A DNA stretch of 64,000 nucleotides, taken from Dehalococcoidia bacterium. Lineage in GTDB: Bacteria; Chloroflexota; Dehalococcoidia; JAUQQI01. The stretch is from assembly GCA_034434875.1 (NCBI GenBank), contig DAOTYJ010000142.1, forward strand, positions 3,926 to 67,925, in the 5' to 3' direction. The position numbers were made by a program, and so were the translations under genes. Positions 55,828 through 64,000 of the stretch are shown here, piece by piece. The stretch's first letter is position 1, and each line of letters starts with the position of its first letter. The notes under the pieces are model-generated. The model was not told the origin of the DNA. It ran no database searches and worked only from the letters and a program-made list of their open reading frames with translations.

Positions 55828-55828
55828 G

Positions 55829-57637
55829 ATGCTTACCCCCGGCGGGATCCACTGGCTTTCCCTCCTCACCTTCTTCGGGGTGGCCGTGGCGGCCGTCGGG
55901 GTCGGCCTCTACACCACCCGGGTGGTCCGGACCACCTCGGATTACTTCGTCGCCTCCCGGATGGTGAGCCCCCTTCTTAACGCCTCGGCCATCGCCGGGG
56001 AATATTTAAGCGCCGCCTCGTTCATGGGGGTGGCGGCGATGGTAATGGCCTTCGGCTACGACGTCCTCTGGTACCCGGTGGGCTACGCCGCCGGGTATCT
56101 CTTTCTTCTCCTCTTCGTGGCCGCCCCCCTCCGCCGCTTCGGGGCCTACACCGTCCCCGACTTTGCCGAGGGCCGCTTCGACTCCCCCGCCTTCCGGCGG
56201 GTCGCCGTCGTCTTTGTCCTGGTCGTCGGCATCTTCTACATGCTTCCCCAGATGAAGGGGGCCGGCCTCACCTTCAACGCCCTGACCGGGGCCCCCTACT
56301 GGGTGGGGGTCGTGGTGGTGGGAAGTGTCATCACCTTAAACGTGGCCCTGGGCGGAATGAAGGGCATAACCTACGTCCAGACCTTCCAGTTCTGGGTCAA
56401 GCTCTTCGCCCTGACCCTTCTGGGCCTGGGGGTGATGGCCGTGGCCGGCTGGTACGGGTCCCATTTCGAGCGGGTGAGCGGCCCGGAACCCTTGAGGTTT
56501 CCCGAGGCCAAGGTGGTTTCCCACCAGGCCGGGGCCGTCTTAAGGCTCCCGGAGCCGGCCCGGGTCCGGGCCCTGGACCCCGTAGCCCTTGAGCTTCCCG
56601 GGGGCGAGGTCCGACAGATACCCGCCGGTGAGGCCATTACCCTCCCGCCGGGCCCGAGCCGGGTGGTGGCCGGGGGGAGGCTCGAGTACCAGGCGGGGTC
56701 CCCCGTTCCCAACGCCCCGGTGGGGGAGAGCTGGGCAAAGCCCTTCGGGCCCTTCACCAGCGGCCTCGGCTACCCCTTAATCTTCACCTACTCGCTGATG
56801 GTCGCCACCGTCCTGGGCACCGCCGGCCTGCCCCACATCCTGGTGCGGTTTTACACCAACAAGGACGGGGAGGCCGCCCGCCAGACGACCATCATCGTTA
56901 TCGGCCTCATCGGCCTTTTCTACCTGTTCCCGCCCCTCATCGGCACCCTGGGCCGGTCGCTGGTCCCCGAGCTCTACGCCTCGGGCCAGACGGAGACGCT
57001 TTTGCTCACCCTGCCGTCGGCGGTGGGGCCGGAATGGCTGAGCCGGCTGCTGGAGGCGGTGGTGGCGGCCGGGGCCTTCAGCGCCTTCATGTCCACCACC
57101 TCCGGGCTGATGGTGGCGGTGGCCGGGGCCCTGGCCCACGACGTCTACGCCCGCACCCTCCGGCCCCGGGCCAGCTCCCGGGCCCGGCGGCTGGCCTTCC
57201 AGGTTTCGGCCCTCCTGGCCGGCCTCGTCGCCATCGCCGCCGGCATCCAGGTGGAGCGGTTCGCCATCAACATGCTGGTGGGCTGGGCCTTCGCCATCTC
57301 CGCCGCCTCGTTCTTCCCCCTGCTCACCCTGGGAATCTGGTGGAAGGGGCTCACCCTGCCCGGGGCGATGGCCGGAACGGTAATCGGGGGCATCTCGGCC
57401 TCGGTGGCCATCCTGGCCACCATGTGGCTGGCCCCCCTGGACCTGGGGGCCTCGGAGTCCCTGCTCTGGACCCTCCTGGCCCAGCCGGCCATCTGGGCCA
57501 TCCCCATCGCCTTCGGCACCATGGTGGGGGTCTCCCGCCTGACCCGGGACCGGGTGCCCCTGGACATCAACCTAAAGATGCTGCGGATGCACGTCCCCGA
57601 ACAGCTTGGGTTGCGGACGGAGTATATTAGAGAATAA
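55829..57637 (+). CDS. Sodium:solute symporter (cation/acetate symporter-like) with an extracytoplasmic insert
   Basis: DYFVASR, NASAIAGEYLSAASF, RRFGAYT, GGMKGIT, GTAGLPHILVRFYTN. Confidence 0.93.
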   Translation: MLTPGGIHWLSLLTFFGVAVAAVGVGLYTTRVVRTTSDYFVASRMVSPLLNASAIAGEYLSAASFMGVAAMVMAFGYDVLWYPVGYAAGYLFLLLFVAAPLRRFGAYTVPDFAEGRFDSPAFRRVAVVFVLVVGIFYMLPQMKGAGLTFNALTGAPYWVGVVVVGSVITLNVALGGMKGITYVQTFQFWVKLFALTLLGLGVMAVAGWYGSHFERVSGPEPLRFPEAKVVSHQAGAVLRLPEPARVRALDPVALELPGGEVRQIPAGEAITLPPGPSRVVAGGRLEYQAGSPVPNAPVGESWAKPFGPFTSGLGYPLIFTYSLMVATVLGTAGLPHILVRFYTNKDGEAARQTTIIVIGLIGLFYLFPPLIGTLGRSLVPELYASGQTETLLLTLPSAVGPEWLSRLLEAVVAAGAFSAFMSTTSGLMVAVAGALAHDVYARTLRPRASSRARRLAFQVSALLAGLVAIAAGIQVERFAINMLVGWAFAISAASFFPLLTLGIWWKGLTLPGAMAGTVIGGISASVAILATMWLAPLDLGASESLLWTLLAQPAIWAIPIAFGTMVGVSRLTRDRVPLDINLKMLRMHVPEQLGLRTEYIRE

Positions 57638-57652
57638 AAATGGTGGGTTCCG

Positions 57653-58870
57653 ATGGAGACCCTGCCGCTGGTCCTGGCCGAGCTGATGGCGGTGGTCGCC
57701 GTTGCGGGCGGGGTTGCCCTCCTTCTTGCCCGCCGGAGCCGGACGGTCAGTGAGGGCCGGGAGCAGGCGATGCTGGAAACCCTCCACCTGGCCAACCACA
57801 CCCTGCCCTACCTGCGCCACGGCCTTAATCCCCACACCGCCGAACGGACGGTCAAGCTGATCTACGATTACCTGCGGCCCAGCGCGGTGGCCCTGGTGGG
57901 CAACGGGGTTATCCTGGCCTTTGTCGGGGCCGGGAGCGACCACCACCGGCCCGGGACCCCGGCCCTCACTCAGGTTACCCGGGAGGTCCTGCGGACGGGC
58001 CGGCCCATCGTCGCCCCCAATCCCAGCACCATCGGCTGCAACAACCCGAACTGCCCCCTGCAGTCGGCCGTCGTTGTCCCCCTGCGGGTCCGGGGTCGGA
58101 CCGTCGGCTGCCTGAAGATTTATTACGACGGCGACCAGGCCCTCACCCCGACCCGGATCCGGGTCGCCGACAGCCTGGGGCGGCTGATGAGCATCCAGAT
58201 GGAGCTGGCCGAGCTGGACCGCCAGACCGAGCGGCTGGCCCGGGCCGAGCTGGCCGCCCTGCAGGCCCAGATCTCCCCCCACTTTATCTACAACACCTTA
58301 AACACTATCGCCGCCTTTATCCGGACGAACCCCGAGCAGGCCCATGAACTGCTGGTGGAGTTTGCCGACTTCACCCGCCGGGCCTTCAAGCGCCGGGGCG
58401 AATTCGCCTCCCTGGCCGACGAGCTGGAATACGTCCACCAGTATCTCACCTTGGAGAAGGCCCGCTACGGCGACCGGCTGGAGGTGGTCTACCGGGTGGA
58501 CCCGGAGGTGCTGCCCGTTTCGGTGCCAGTCCTGGTCCTGCAGCCCCTGGTGGAAAACGCCATCCGCCACGGCATCAGCCGGAAGGTGGGGCCGGGGCGG
58601 GTGGTGATCACCGCCGAGGACCGGGGCAACGAGGTGCTCATCACCGTGAGCGACAACGGGGTCGGGATGACCCCCGAACAGGTAAAGCAGGTGCTGAGCT
58701 CCGACCCCCGACAGCGGGGCGGCCTGGGCCTGGCCAACGTCAGCGAGCGGCTTAAAAGCATCTACGGCCCGGAGCGGGGCCTTGAGGTCCAGTCGGCCCC
58801 CGGCCAGGGCACCCAGGTGCGGTTCGTCATACCCAAATTCCACGCCGGGGTGGCGGTGGGGCGTCGATGA
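57653..58870 (+). CDS. LytS/YehU-type histidine kinase (1 TM, GAF, kinase)
   Basis: LQAQISPHFIYNTLN, QPLVENAIRHG, DNGVG, GLGLANV. Confidence 0.92.
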   Translation: METLPLVLAELMAVVAVAGGVALLLARRSRTVSEGREQAMLETLHLANHTLPYLRHGLNPHTAERTVKLIYDYLRPSAVALVGNGVILAFVGAGSDHHRPGTPALTQVTREVLRTGRPIVAPNPSTIGCNNPNCPLQSAVVVPLRVRGRTVGCLKIYYDGDQALTPTRIRVADSLGRLMSIQMELAELDRQTERLARAELAALQAQISPHFIYNTLNTIAAFIRTNPEQAHELLVEFADFTRRAFKRRGEFASLADELEYVHQYLTLEKARYGDRLEVVYRVDPEVLPVSVPVLVLQPLVENAIRHGISRKVGPGRVVITAEDRGNEVLITVSDNGVGMTPEQVKQVLSSDPRQRGGLGLANVSERLKSIYGPERGLEVQSAPGQGTQVRFVIPKFHAGVAVGRR

Positions 58871-59634
58871 GCGGCCTTAGCCCGACGACCGTCGGCCTGC
58901 CCACCTTAAAGGCCCTCATCGTGGACGATGAGGAGCCGGCAACGGTCGAACTAAAATACCGGCTTCAGGAGACCGGCTGGCCCGTGCAGGTGAGCATCGC
59001 CCTTACGGCCACCGACGCCCTCAGGCTCCTGCGCCAGCGGGACTTCGACGTGGTCTTTTTAGACATCCAGATGCCGGGCCTCACGGGCCTGGAGCTGGCC
59101 GAGGTCCTGGCCGAGTTCAGCCGGCCGCCGGTGGTGGTCTTCGTCACCGCCTACGACGAGTACGCCGTCCGGGCCTTCGAACTGCGGGCGGCCGACTACC
59201 TGCTGAAGCCGGTCCGGGTCGAGCGGCTCATCGAGACCCTGGAACGGGTGCGGGAACGGCGCTACCCGGGGCCGAAGGCCGAAGCCCCCCGGTTTCAGCT
59301 GATCGACCGGCTCCCGGTGGAAAAATCCGGCCGCACCCTGCTCATCGACCTGGCCGAGGTCCGGTTCGCCGAGGCCCACGACGAGCTGGTCCTGGTCAAA
59401 ACCTACGACCAGGTCTACACCGTCCGGTTCACCATGAACGAGCTGGAGGCCCGGCTGCCCAACCCCCCGTTTCTGCGGGTCCACCGCTCCTTCATCGTCA
59501 ACTTAAAGCGGGTGGTGGAGATCCGGCCGTATTTCAACGGGGTCTATTTACTTAAAGTCGACGACAAGGAGCGCACCGAAATTACCGTCAGCCGGGGGCA
59601 CGTTCGCAGTCTGCGGAATCTCCTGGGAATTTAG
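58867..59634 (+). CDS. LytTR-family response regulator
   Basis: IVDDE, FLDIQMP, FVTAYD, DYLLKP, FLRVHRSFIVN, VSR. Confidence 0.95.
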   Translation: MSGLSPTTVGLPTLKALIVDDEEPATVELKYRLQETGWPVQVSIALTATDALRLLRQRDFDVVFLDIQMPGLTGLELAEVLAEFSRPPVVVFVTAYDEYAVRAFELRAADYLLKPVRVERLIETLERVRERRYPGPKAEAPRFQLIDRLPVEKSGRTLLIDLAEVRFAEAHDELVLVKTYDQVYTVRFTMNELEARLPNPPFLRVHRSFIVNLKRVVEIRPYFNGVYLLKVDDKERTEITVSRGHVRSLRNLLGI

Positions 59635-59658
59635 GGCGGCCGGCAGGAATCGGCGGCC

Positions 59659-59746
59659 AATGGCCGAAAAAGGGGGCCGAACGGCAATTTCCGGGAGTTG
59701 AACGCCACCGCCCCCGTTGAGGGGCCGATTTTAAAGCCGTTAGCAT
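59659..59746 (+). promoter_or_regulatory. acs promoter with 21-bp-periodic repeats upstream
   Basis: AATGGC, AACGGC, AACGCC at 59659, 59680, 59701; TTGAGG-18-TAGCAT at 59717-59746. Confidence 0.5.
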
Positions 59747-59810
59747 TGATCGGGTACCGGTTCCGTCCCCTGAGCGTGCCTTTTGCACATCTGGCCGGGA
59801 GGTGCAACCG

Positions 59811-61736
59811 ATGCAGGTGATTAACCCCATCGTCAGGCGGTGGGTTGAGACGGCCCGGGAGGACCCGGAAGGGTTCTGGGCGCGGGCGGCCGAGAAGCTC
59901 CCCTGGTTCCGGAAGTGGGAGCGGACTTTCGAGTGGAACTTCCCCACGTTCCGGTGGTTCATCGGGGGCCGGACGAACCTGGCCTTTAACTGCCTGGACC
60001 GCCAGGTGGCCGCGGGCCGCCCCGGCCAGGCCGCGCTCATTTACATAAACGAGCGGGGTGAGCGCCGAGTCTACACCTATGCCCAGCTCCTGCGGGAGGT
60101 CCGGCGGCTGGCGGCCGCCCTCCGGGGCATGGGCATCCGGAAGGGCGACCGGCTCACCATTTACATGCCCACCAGCCCCGAGGCGATCATGCTGATGCTG
60201 GCGGCGGTCCGGGTCGGGGCCATTCATTCGGTGGTCTTTGCCGGGTTCGGGGCCGGGGCCCTGGCCGACCGGATTGCGGCCAGCGGGTCGCGGCTGGTCT
60301 TTACGGCCGATGTGACCTACCGCAAGGGCCGGGATGTCCGGCTTAAAGAGGTCGTCGACGAGGCCTTGAAGACGGCGGGGGACACCGTGGAGCACGTGGT
60401 GGTCTGGGGCCGGACCGGCCAGGATGTGCCGATGACCCCCGGCCGGGACCTCTTCTGGGAAGATTTCTTAAGGCGGGCCGAGGGCCAGCCGGACGGCTGG
60501 GTTGAGATGGAGGCCAACGAGCCGGCCTACATCCTGGCCACCTCCGGTACGACGGCTAAGCCGAAGCTGGCCGTCCACACCCACGGCGGCTACCAGGTGG
60601 GGATTTACAGCACCGGCCTCTGGTGCTTCGGCCTGCGGCCGGGGGAGGTGTGGTGGTCCACCTCGGACATCGGCTGGGTGGTGGGCCACAGCTACATCGT
60701 CTACGCCCCCCTCCTGGCGGGCTGCGCCACCATCGCCTACGAGGGTGCCCTGGACCACCCCGGGCCCGAAACCTTCTGGCAAATCGTCGAGGACTTCGGG
60801 GTTACGGGAATCTTCACCTCGCCGACGGCCGTAAGGCTGCTTATGCGCTACGGGTCGGGGCCGGCCCGCAAGTTCGACCTCTCGTCCTTGGAGCGGGTCG
60901 TCTGCGCCGGGGAGGTGCTGAACGCCCCGGCCTGGGAGTGGCTCCAGAAGGAGGTTTTAAACGACCGGGTGCCCGTCATCGACCACTGGTGGCAGACGGA
61001 GACGGGCGGGCCGGTCATCGGCAACCCCTACGGCCTGGCCATGCTCCCCATCAAGCCGGGCTCGGCCACCATCCCCCTGCCGGGTATGGAGGTGGGGGTG
61101 ATGACCCCGGAGGGGCAGGAGTGCGGCCCCGGGGAGAAGGGGATTCTGGTGATCAAGCGGCCCTTCCCCAGCCTGACCCCAACCCTCTGGGGGGAGCCGG
61201 AGCGGTATGCCCGGGACTACTGGCAGCGGATTCCCGGCCGGCAGGTCTACTTTACGGGCGATTCGGCCCAGCTGGACGAGGACGGCTACGTCTGGTTTGC
61301 CGGCCGGGCCGACGAAATCATCAAGATTGCCGCCCACCGGATCGGCACCATCGAGGTGGAGACGGCCTTTCTCAAGCACCCGGCCGTGGCCGAGGCCGGG
61401 GTAACCGGCCGGCCCGACGAGGTCCGGGGCGAGGTGGTCTCCGCCTTCGTAGTCCTCAAGCAGGGCTACCAGCCTTCGGAGGAGCTCCGCCGGGAGCTCA
61501 TCGAGACGGTCCGGCGGGAGCTGGGTCCGGTGGCCGTCATCGGCGAGGTAAACTTTGTAAACATGCTGCCCAAGACCCGCAGTGGTAAAATTATGCGAAG
61601 GGTCCTTAAGGCCGTGATCCTCAACCGGGACCCCGGCGACATAACCACCATCGAAGACGAGGGCTCGGTGGAGGAGGCCCGCCAGGCCTGGCAGCAGATG
61701 CGGGCCGAGATTCAGGCCCCCATTGGGGATAACTAG
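59811..61736 (+). CDS. Acetyl-/short-chain acyl-CoA synthetase, divergent paralog
   Basis: TSGTTAKPK, DIGWVVGHSY, DHWWQTETG, GRADE, LPKTRSGKIMRR; ATG behind GGAGG. Confidence 0.92.
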   Translation: MQVINPIVRRWVETAREDPEGFWARAAEKLPWFRKWERTFEWNFPTFRWFIGGRTNLAFNCLDRQVAAGRPGQAALIYINERGERRVYTYAQLLREVRRLAAALRGMGIRKGDRLTIYMPTSPEAIMLMLAAVRVGAIHSVVFAGFGAGALADRIAASGSRLVFTADVTYRKGRDVRLKEVVDEALKTAGDTVEHVVVWGRTGQDVPMTPGRDLFWEDFLRRAEGQPDGWVEMEANEPAYILATSGTTAKPKLAVHTHGGYQVGIYSTGLWCFGLRPGEVWWSTSDIGWVVGHSYIVYAPLLAGCATIAYEGALDHPGPETFWQIVEDFGVTGIFTSPTAVRLLMRYGSGPARKFDLSSLERVVCAGEVLNAPAWEWLQKEVLNDRVPVIDHWWQTETGGPVIGNPYGLAMLPIKPGSATIPLPGMEVGVMTPEGQECGPGEKGILVIKRPFPSLTPTLWGEPERYARDYWQRIPGRQVYFTGDSAQLDEDGYVWFAGRADEIIKIAAHRIGTIEVETAFLKHPAVAEAGVTGRPDEVRGEVVSAFVVLKQGYQPSEELRRELIETVRRELGPVAVIGEVNFVNMLPKTRSGKIMRRVLKAVILNRDPGDITTIEDEGSVEEARQAWQQMRAEIQAPIGDN

Positions 61737-61757
61737 CCCGAAGGAGGTCGATGCGGA

Positions 61758-63752
61758 ATGGCTAACGGCGACGAGCGCGCGGAAGTCCGGAATCGGATCC
61801 TGGTCGAAAGCCTCCTTAAAGAGGAGCGAAGGTTTCCGCCCCCGCCGGAGTTCCGGGAGAAGGCCTGGGTTAAAGACTGGACGCCCTGGGAGGAGGCCGA
61901 GCGGGACCTGGAGGGCTTCTGGGCCAAGCACGCCGAGGCCGAGCTCCACTGGTTCCGCAGGTGGGATAAGGTCCTGGAGTGGAACGTCCCCTGGGCGAAG
62001 TGGTTTGTGGGGGGCGTGATCAACGCCTGCTATAACTGTGTCGACCGCCACGCCCAGAGCTGGCGCCGGACCAAGGCGGCCATCGTCTGGGAGGGGGAGC
62101 CCGGCGACTGGCAGGTGCTCACCTACCAGGACCTGCACCGGGAGGTCCAGAAGTTCGCCAACGTCCTTAAGGGCCTGGGGGTTCAGAAGGGCGACCGGGT
62201 GACGATTTACCTGGGGATGGTGCCCGAGCTGCCCATCGCCATGCTCGCCTGCGCCCGGATCGGGGCGCCCCACAGCGTGGTCTTCGGCGGCTTCAGCTCC
62301 GATGCCCTGCGGGACCGGATCCAGGACGCCCAGGCCAAGGTGCTCATCACCCAGGACGGGGCCTGGCGGCGGGGCAACATCGTGCCCCTGAAGCAGTTTG
62401 CGGACAAGGCCCTGGAGGAGTGCCCCTCCGTTGAGAAGGTGGTTGTGGTCCGGCGGGTGGGGGAGCAGTCCGGGGCGAGGCGGGTGGCGGGCCGGGATTT
62501 CTGGTGGGACGAGCTTATGGCCAAGGCCGACCCGGTCTGCCCGGCCGAACCCTTAGACTCGGAGCATCCGCTCTACATCCTCTACACCTCCGGCACCACC
62601 GGCAAGCCCAAGGGCGTCCTCCACACCACCGGCGGCTATCTGTTGGGGGTGCACCTGACCACCAAGTGGGTCTTCGACCTCAAGGACGAAGACTACTACT
62701 GGTGTACGGCCGACATCGGCTGGGTGACCGGCCACAGCTACATCGTCTACGGGCCCCTTTCCAACGGTGGCACCTCGGTGATGTACGAGGGCGCGCCCGA
62801 CTGGCCGGATAAGGACCGCTTCTGGGCCATCGTCGAGAAGTACCGCATCAACATCCTCTACACCTCCCCCACCCTCATCCGGACGGTGATGAAGTGGGGT
62901 CCGGAGTACCCGGCCCGGCACGACCTTTCGAGCCTGCGGCTTCTGGGCACCGTGGGCGAGCCCATCAACCCCGAGGCCTGGATGTGGTACCACGAGCACA
63001 TCGGCCATGGCCGCTGCCCCATCGTGGACACCTGGTGGCAGACCGAGACCGGGATGATCATGATCACCCCGATCCCGGGGGTGGTCACCACCAAGCCGGG
63101 CTCGGCCACCATCCCGTTCCCGGGGGTCGGGGCCGACGTTGTTGACGAGCAGGGCAATCCCTGCCCGCCCAACGTCGGCGGCTACCTGGTGCTCACCCGG
63201 CCCTGGCCGGCCATGCTCCGGACCTTCTGGGGCGACCCCGAACGGTACGTCCAGACCTACTGGAGCCGGTTCCCGGGCCGCTACTTCACCGGGGACGGCG
63301 CCCGCAAGGACGAGGACGGCTACTTCTGGATCACCGGCCGGGTAGACGACGTGGTGAACGTGGCCGGCCACCGGCTCTCCAACATCGAGATCGAGAGCGC
63401 CCTGGTGGCCCACCCGGCAGTGGCCGAGGCGGCCGTCATCGGCCGGAGCGACCCCCTTAAAGGCCAGGCGGTCTCGGCCTTCGTGGTGCTCAAGGCCGGC
63501 TACGAGCCGAGCGACCGGCTTAAAGAGGAGCTCCGGGAGTGGGTGGCCCAGAAGATCAGCCCCATCGCCCGGCCTGCCGACGTCTTCTTCTGCGCCGACC
63601 TGCCCAAGACCCGCTCGGCCAAGATCATGCGCCGGCTCCTGCGGGACATCGCCGAGGGGCGGGCCCTGGGCGACACCACGACCCTGACCGACCCGGCCGT
63701 CATTGAAGAACTGCGCCAGCGCTACATCGCCGAGGGCAAAGAAGAGGCCTAG
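61758..63752 (+). CDS. acs: Acetyl-CoA synthetase (AMP-forming)
   Basis: [59 protein letters not shown]. Confidence 0.96.
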   Translation: MANGDERAEVRNRILVESLLKEERRFPPPPEFREKAWVKDWTPWEEAERDLEGFWAKHAEAELHWFRRWDKVLEWNVPWAKWFVGGVINACYNCVDRHAQSWRRTKAAIVWEGEPGDWQVLTYQDLHREVQKFANVLKGLGVQKGDRVTIYLGMVPELPIAMLACARIGAPHSVVFGGFSSDALRDRIQDAQAKVLITQDGAWRRGNIVPLKQFADKALEECPSVEKVVVVRRVGEQSGARRVAGRDFWWDELMAKADPVCPAEPLDSEHPLYILYTSGTTGKPKGVLHTTGGYLLGVHLTTKWVFDLKDEDYYWCTADIGWVTGHSYIVYGPLSNGGTSVMYEGAPDWPDKDRFWAIVEKYRINILYTSPTLIRTVMKWGPEYPARHDLSSLRLLGTVGEPINPEAWMWYHEHIGHGRCPIVDTWWQTETGMIMITPIPGVVTTKPGSATIPFPGVGADVVDEQGNPCPPNVGGYLVLTRPWPAMLRTFWGDPERYVQTYWSRFPGRYFTGDGARKDEDGYFWITGRVDDVVNVAGHRLSNIEIESALVAHPAVAEAAVIGRSDPLKGQAVSAFVVLKAGYEPSDRLKEELREWVAQKISPIARPADVFFCADLPKTRSAKIMRRLLRDIAEGRALGDTTTLTDPAVIEELRQRYIAEGKEEA

Positions 63753-63778
63753 GTCGGCCGGACCTGCCCCGAACCCTG

Positions 63779-63815
63779 GGGGCGGGACCGGTTGCCGGTC
63801 CCGCCCCGCCTTTTT
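63779..63815 (+). terminator. Rho-independent terminator after acs
   Basis: 13-bp stem GGGGCGGGACCGG / CCGGTCCCGCCCC, then GCC and T5. Confidence 0.75.
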
Positions 63816-63889
63816 GGGGGCCCAAGCCGCAGGGGCTTAGGCCCCGGAAACCGGCCTGGCAGGGCTTTCCGGTTTTTCGGCGCCGAAGC

Positions 63890-63913
63890 CGGGGCCCACG
63901 GCCGTGGGCCCCG
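63890..63913. repeat. Perfect 24-bp palindrome
   Basis: CGGGGCCCACGGCCGTGGGCCCCG. Confidence 0.7.
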
Positions 63914-63971
63914 ACAACCAGCGGTTTATATGCCGGCCCGGCCGGGGTAGGGCCGGCGATTACCCGGGTGA

Positions 63972-63980
63972 TGGTATAAT
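63972..63980 (+). promoter_or_regulatory. Extended -10 promoter for a gene beyond the window
   Basis: TG-G-TATAAT. Confidence 0.7.
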
Positions 63981-64000
63981 GTTCTGCAAGGAACTATCAT

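Noticed and set aside
1-64000. Frequent CTTAAG/TTAA words in a GC-rich background
   Set aside because: Best explained by CTT/TTA-AAG codon-pair usage; it could not be counted without tools.

Overview
64 kb of core chromosome from a very GC-rich bacterium. A Chloroflexota-like monoderm is inferred from TrmI, an ACIII-type complex, a Chloroflexota-type hypothetical next to rnc and a C-terminal LPxVxxR-like tail. No rRNA, tRNA, CRISPR array or transposase was seen. Left to right: (1) a rearranged flagellar cluster (flgC-fliEFGHIJ-slt-flgB divergent from flbD-motAB-fliLMN) whose FliM lacks the CheY-binding peptide. (2) M14 peptidase and trmI. (3) A 480-bp intergenic region with four 11-bp direct repeats, a candidate anti-Shine-Dalgarno sRNA with terminator, and a second structured element. 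(4) nadK-recN, smc-rnc, a small sigma factor, M20 peptidase, comM and comA. (5) An atypical alternative complex III operon (split ActB keeping an N-terminal Fe-S motif, ActF-like before ActC, trailing cupredoxin) with two Rex-like boxes. (6) Nudix, class III aminotransferase, S9 peptidase, VOC protein and a doubly frameshifted MFS gene. (7) Two divergent, duplicated blue-copper surface proteins, a lamin-tail protein and a GT28/MFS/pdxH operon ending in degenerate NAD-salvage genes. (8) A 13-kb acetate/carboxylate island: two sodium:solute symporters with small partners, a DUF294 nucleotidyltransferase and a stand-alone DEDDh nuclease heading divergent operons, LytS/LytT and two acyl-CoA synthetases, with a shared LytTR-like DNA motif. 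All calls come from motif recognition by eye; no searches were run.
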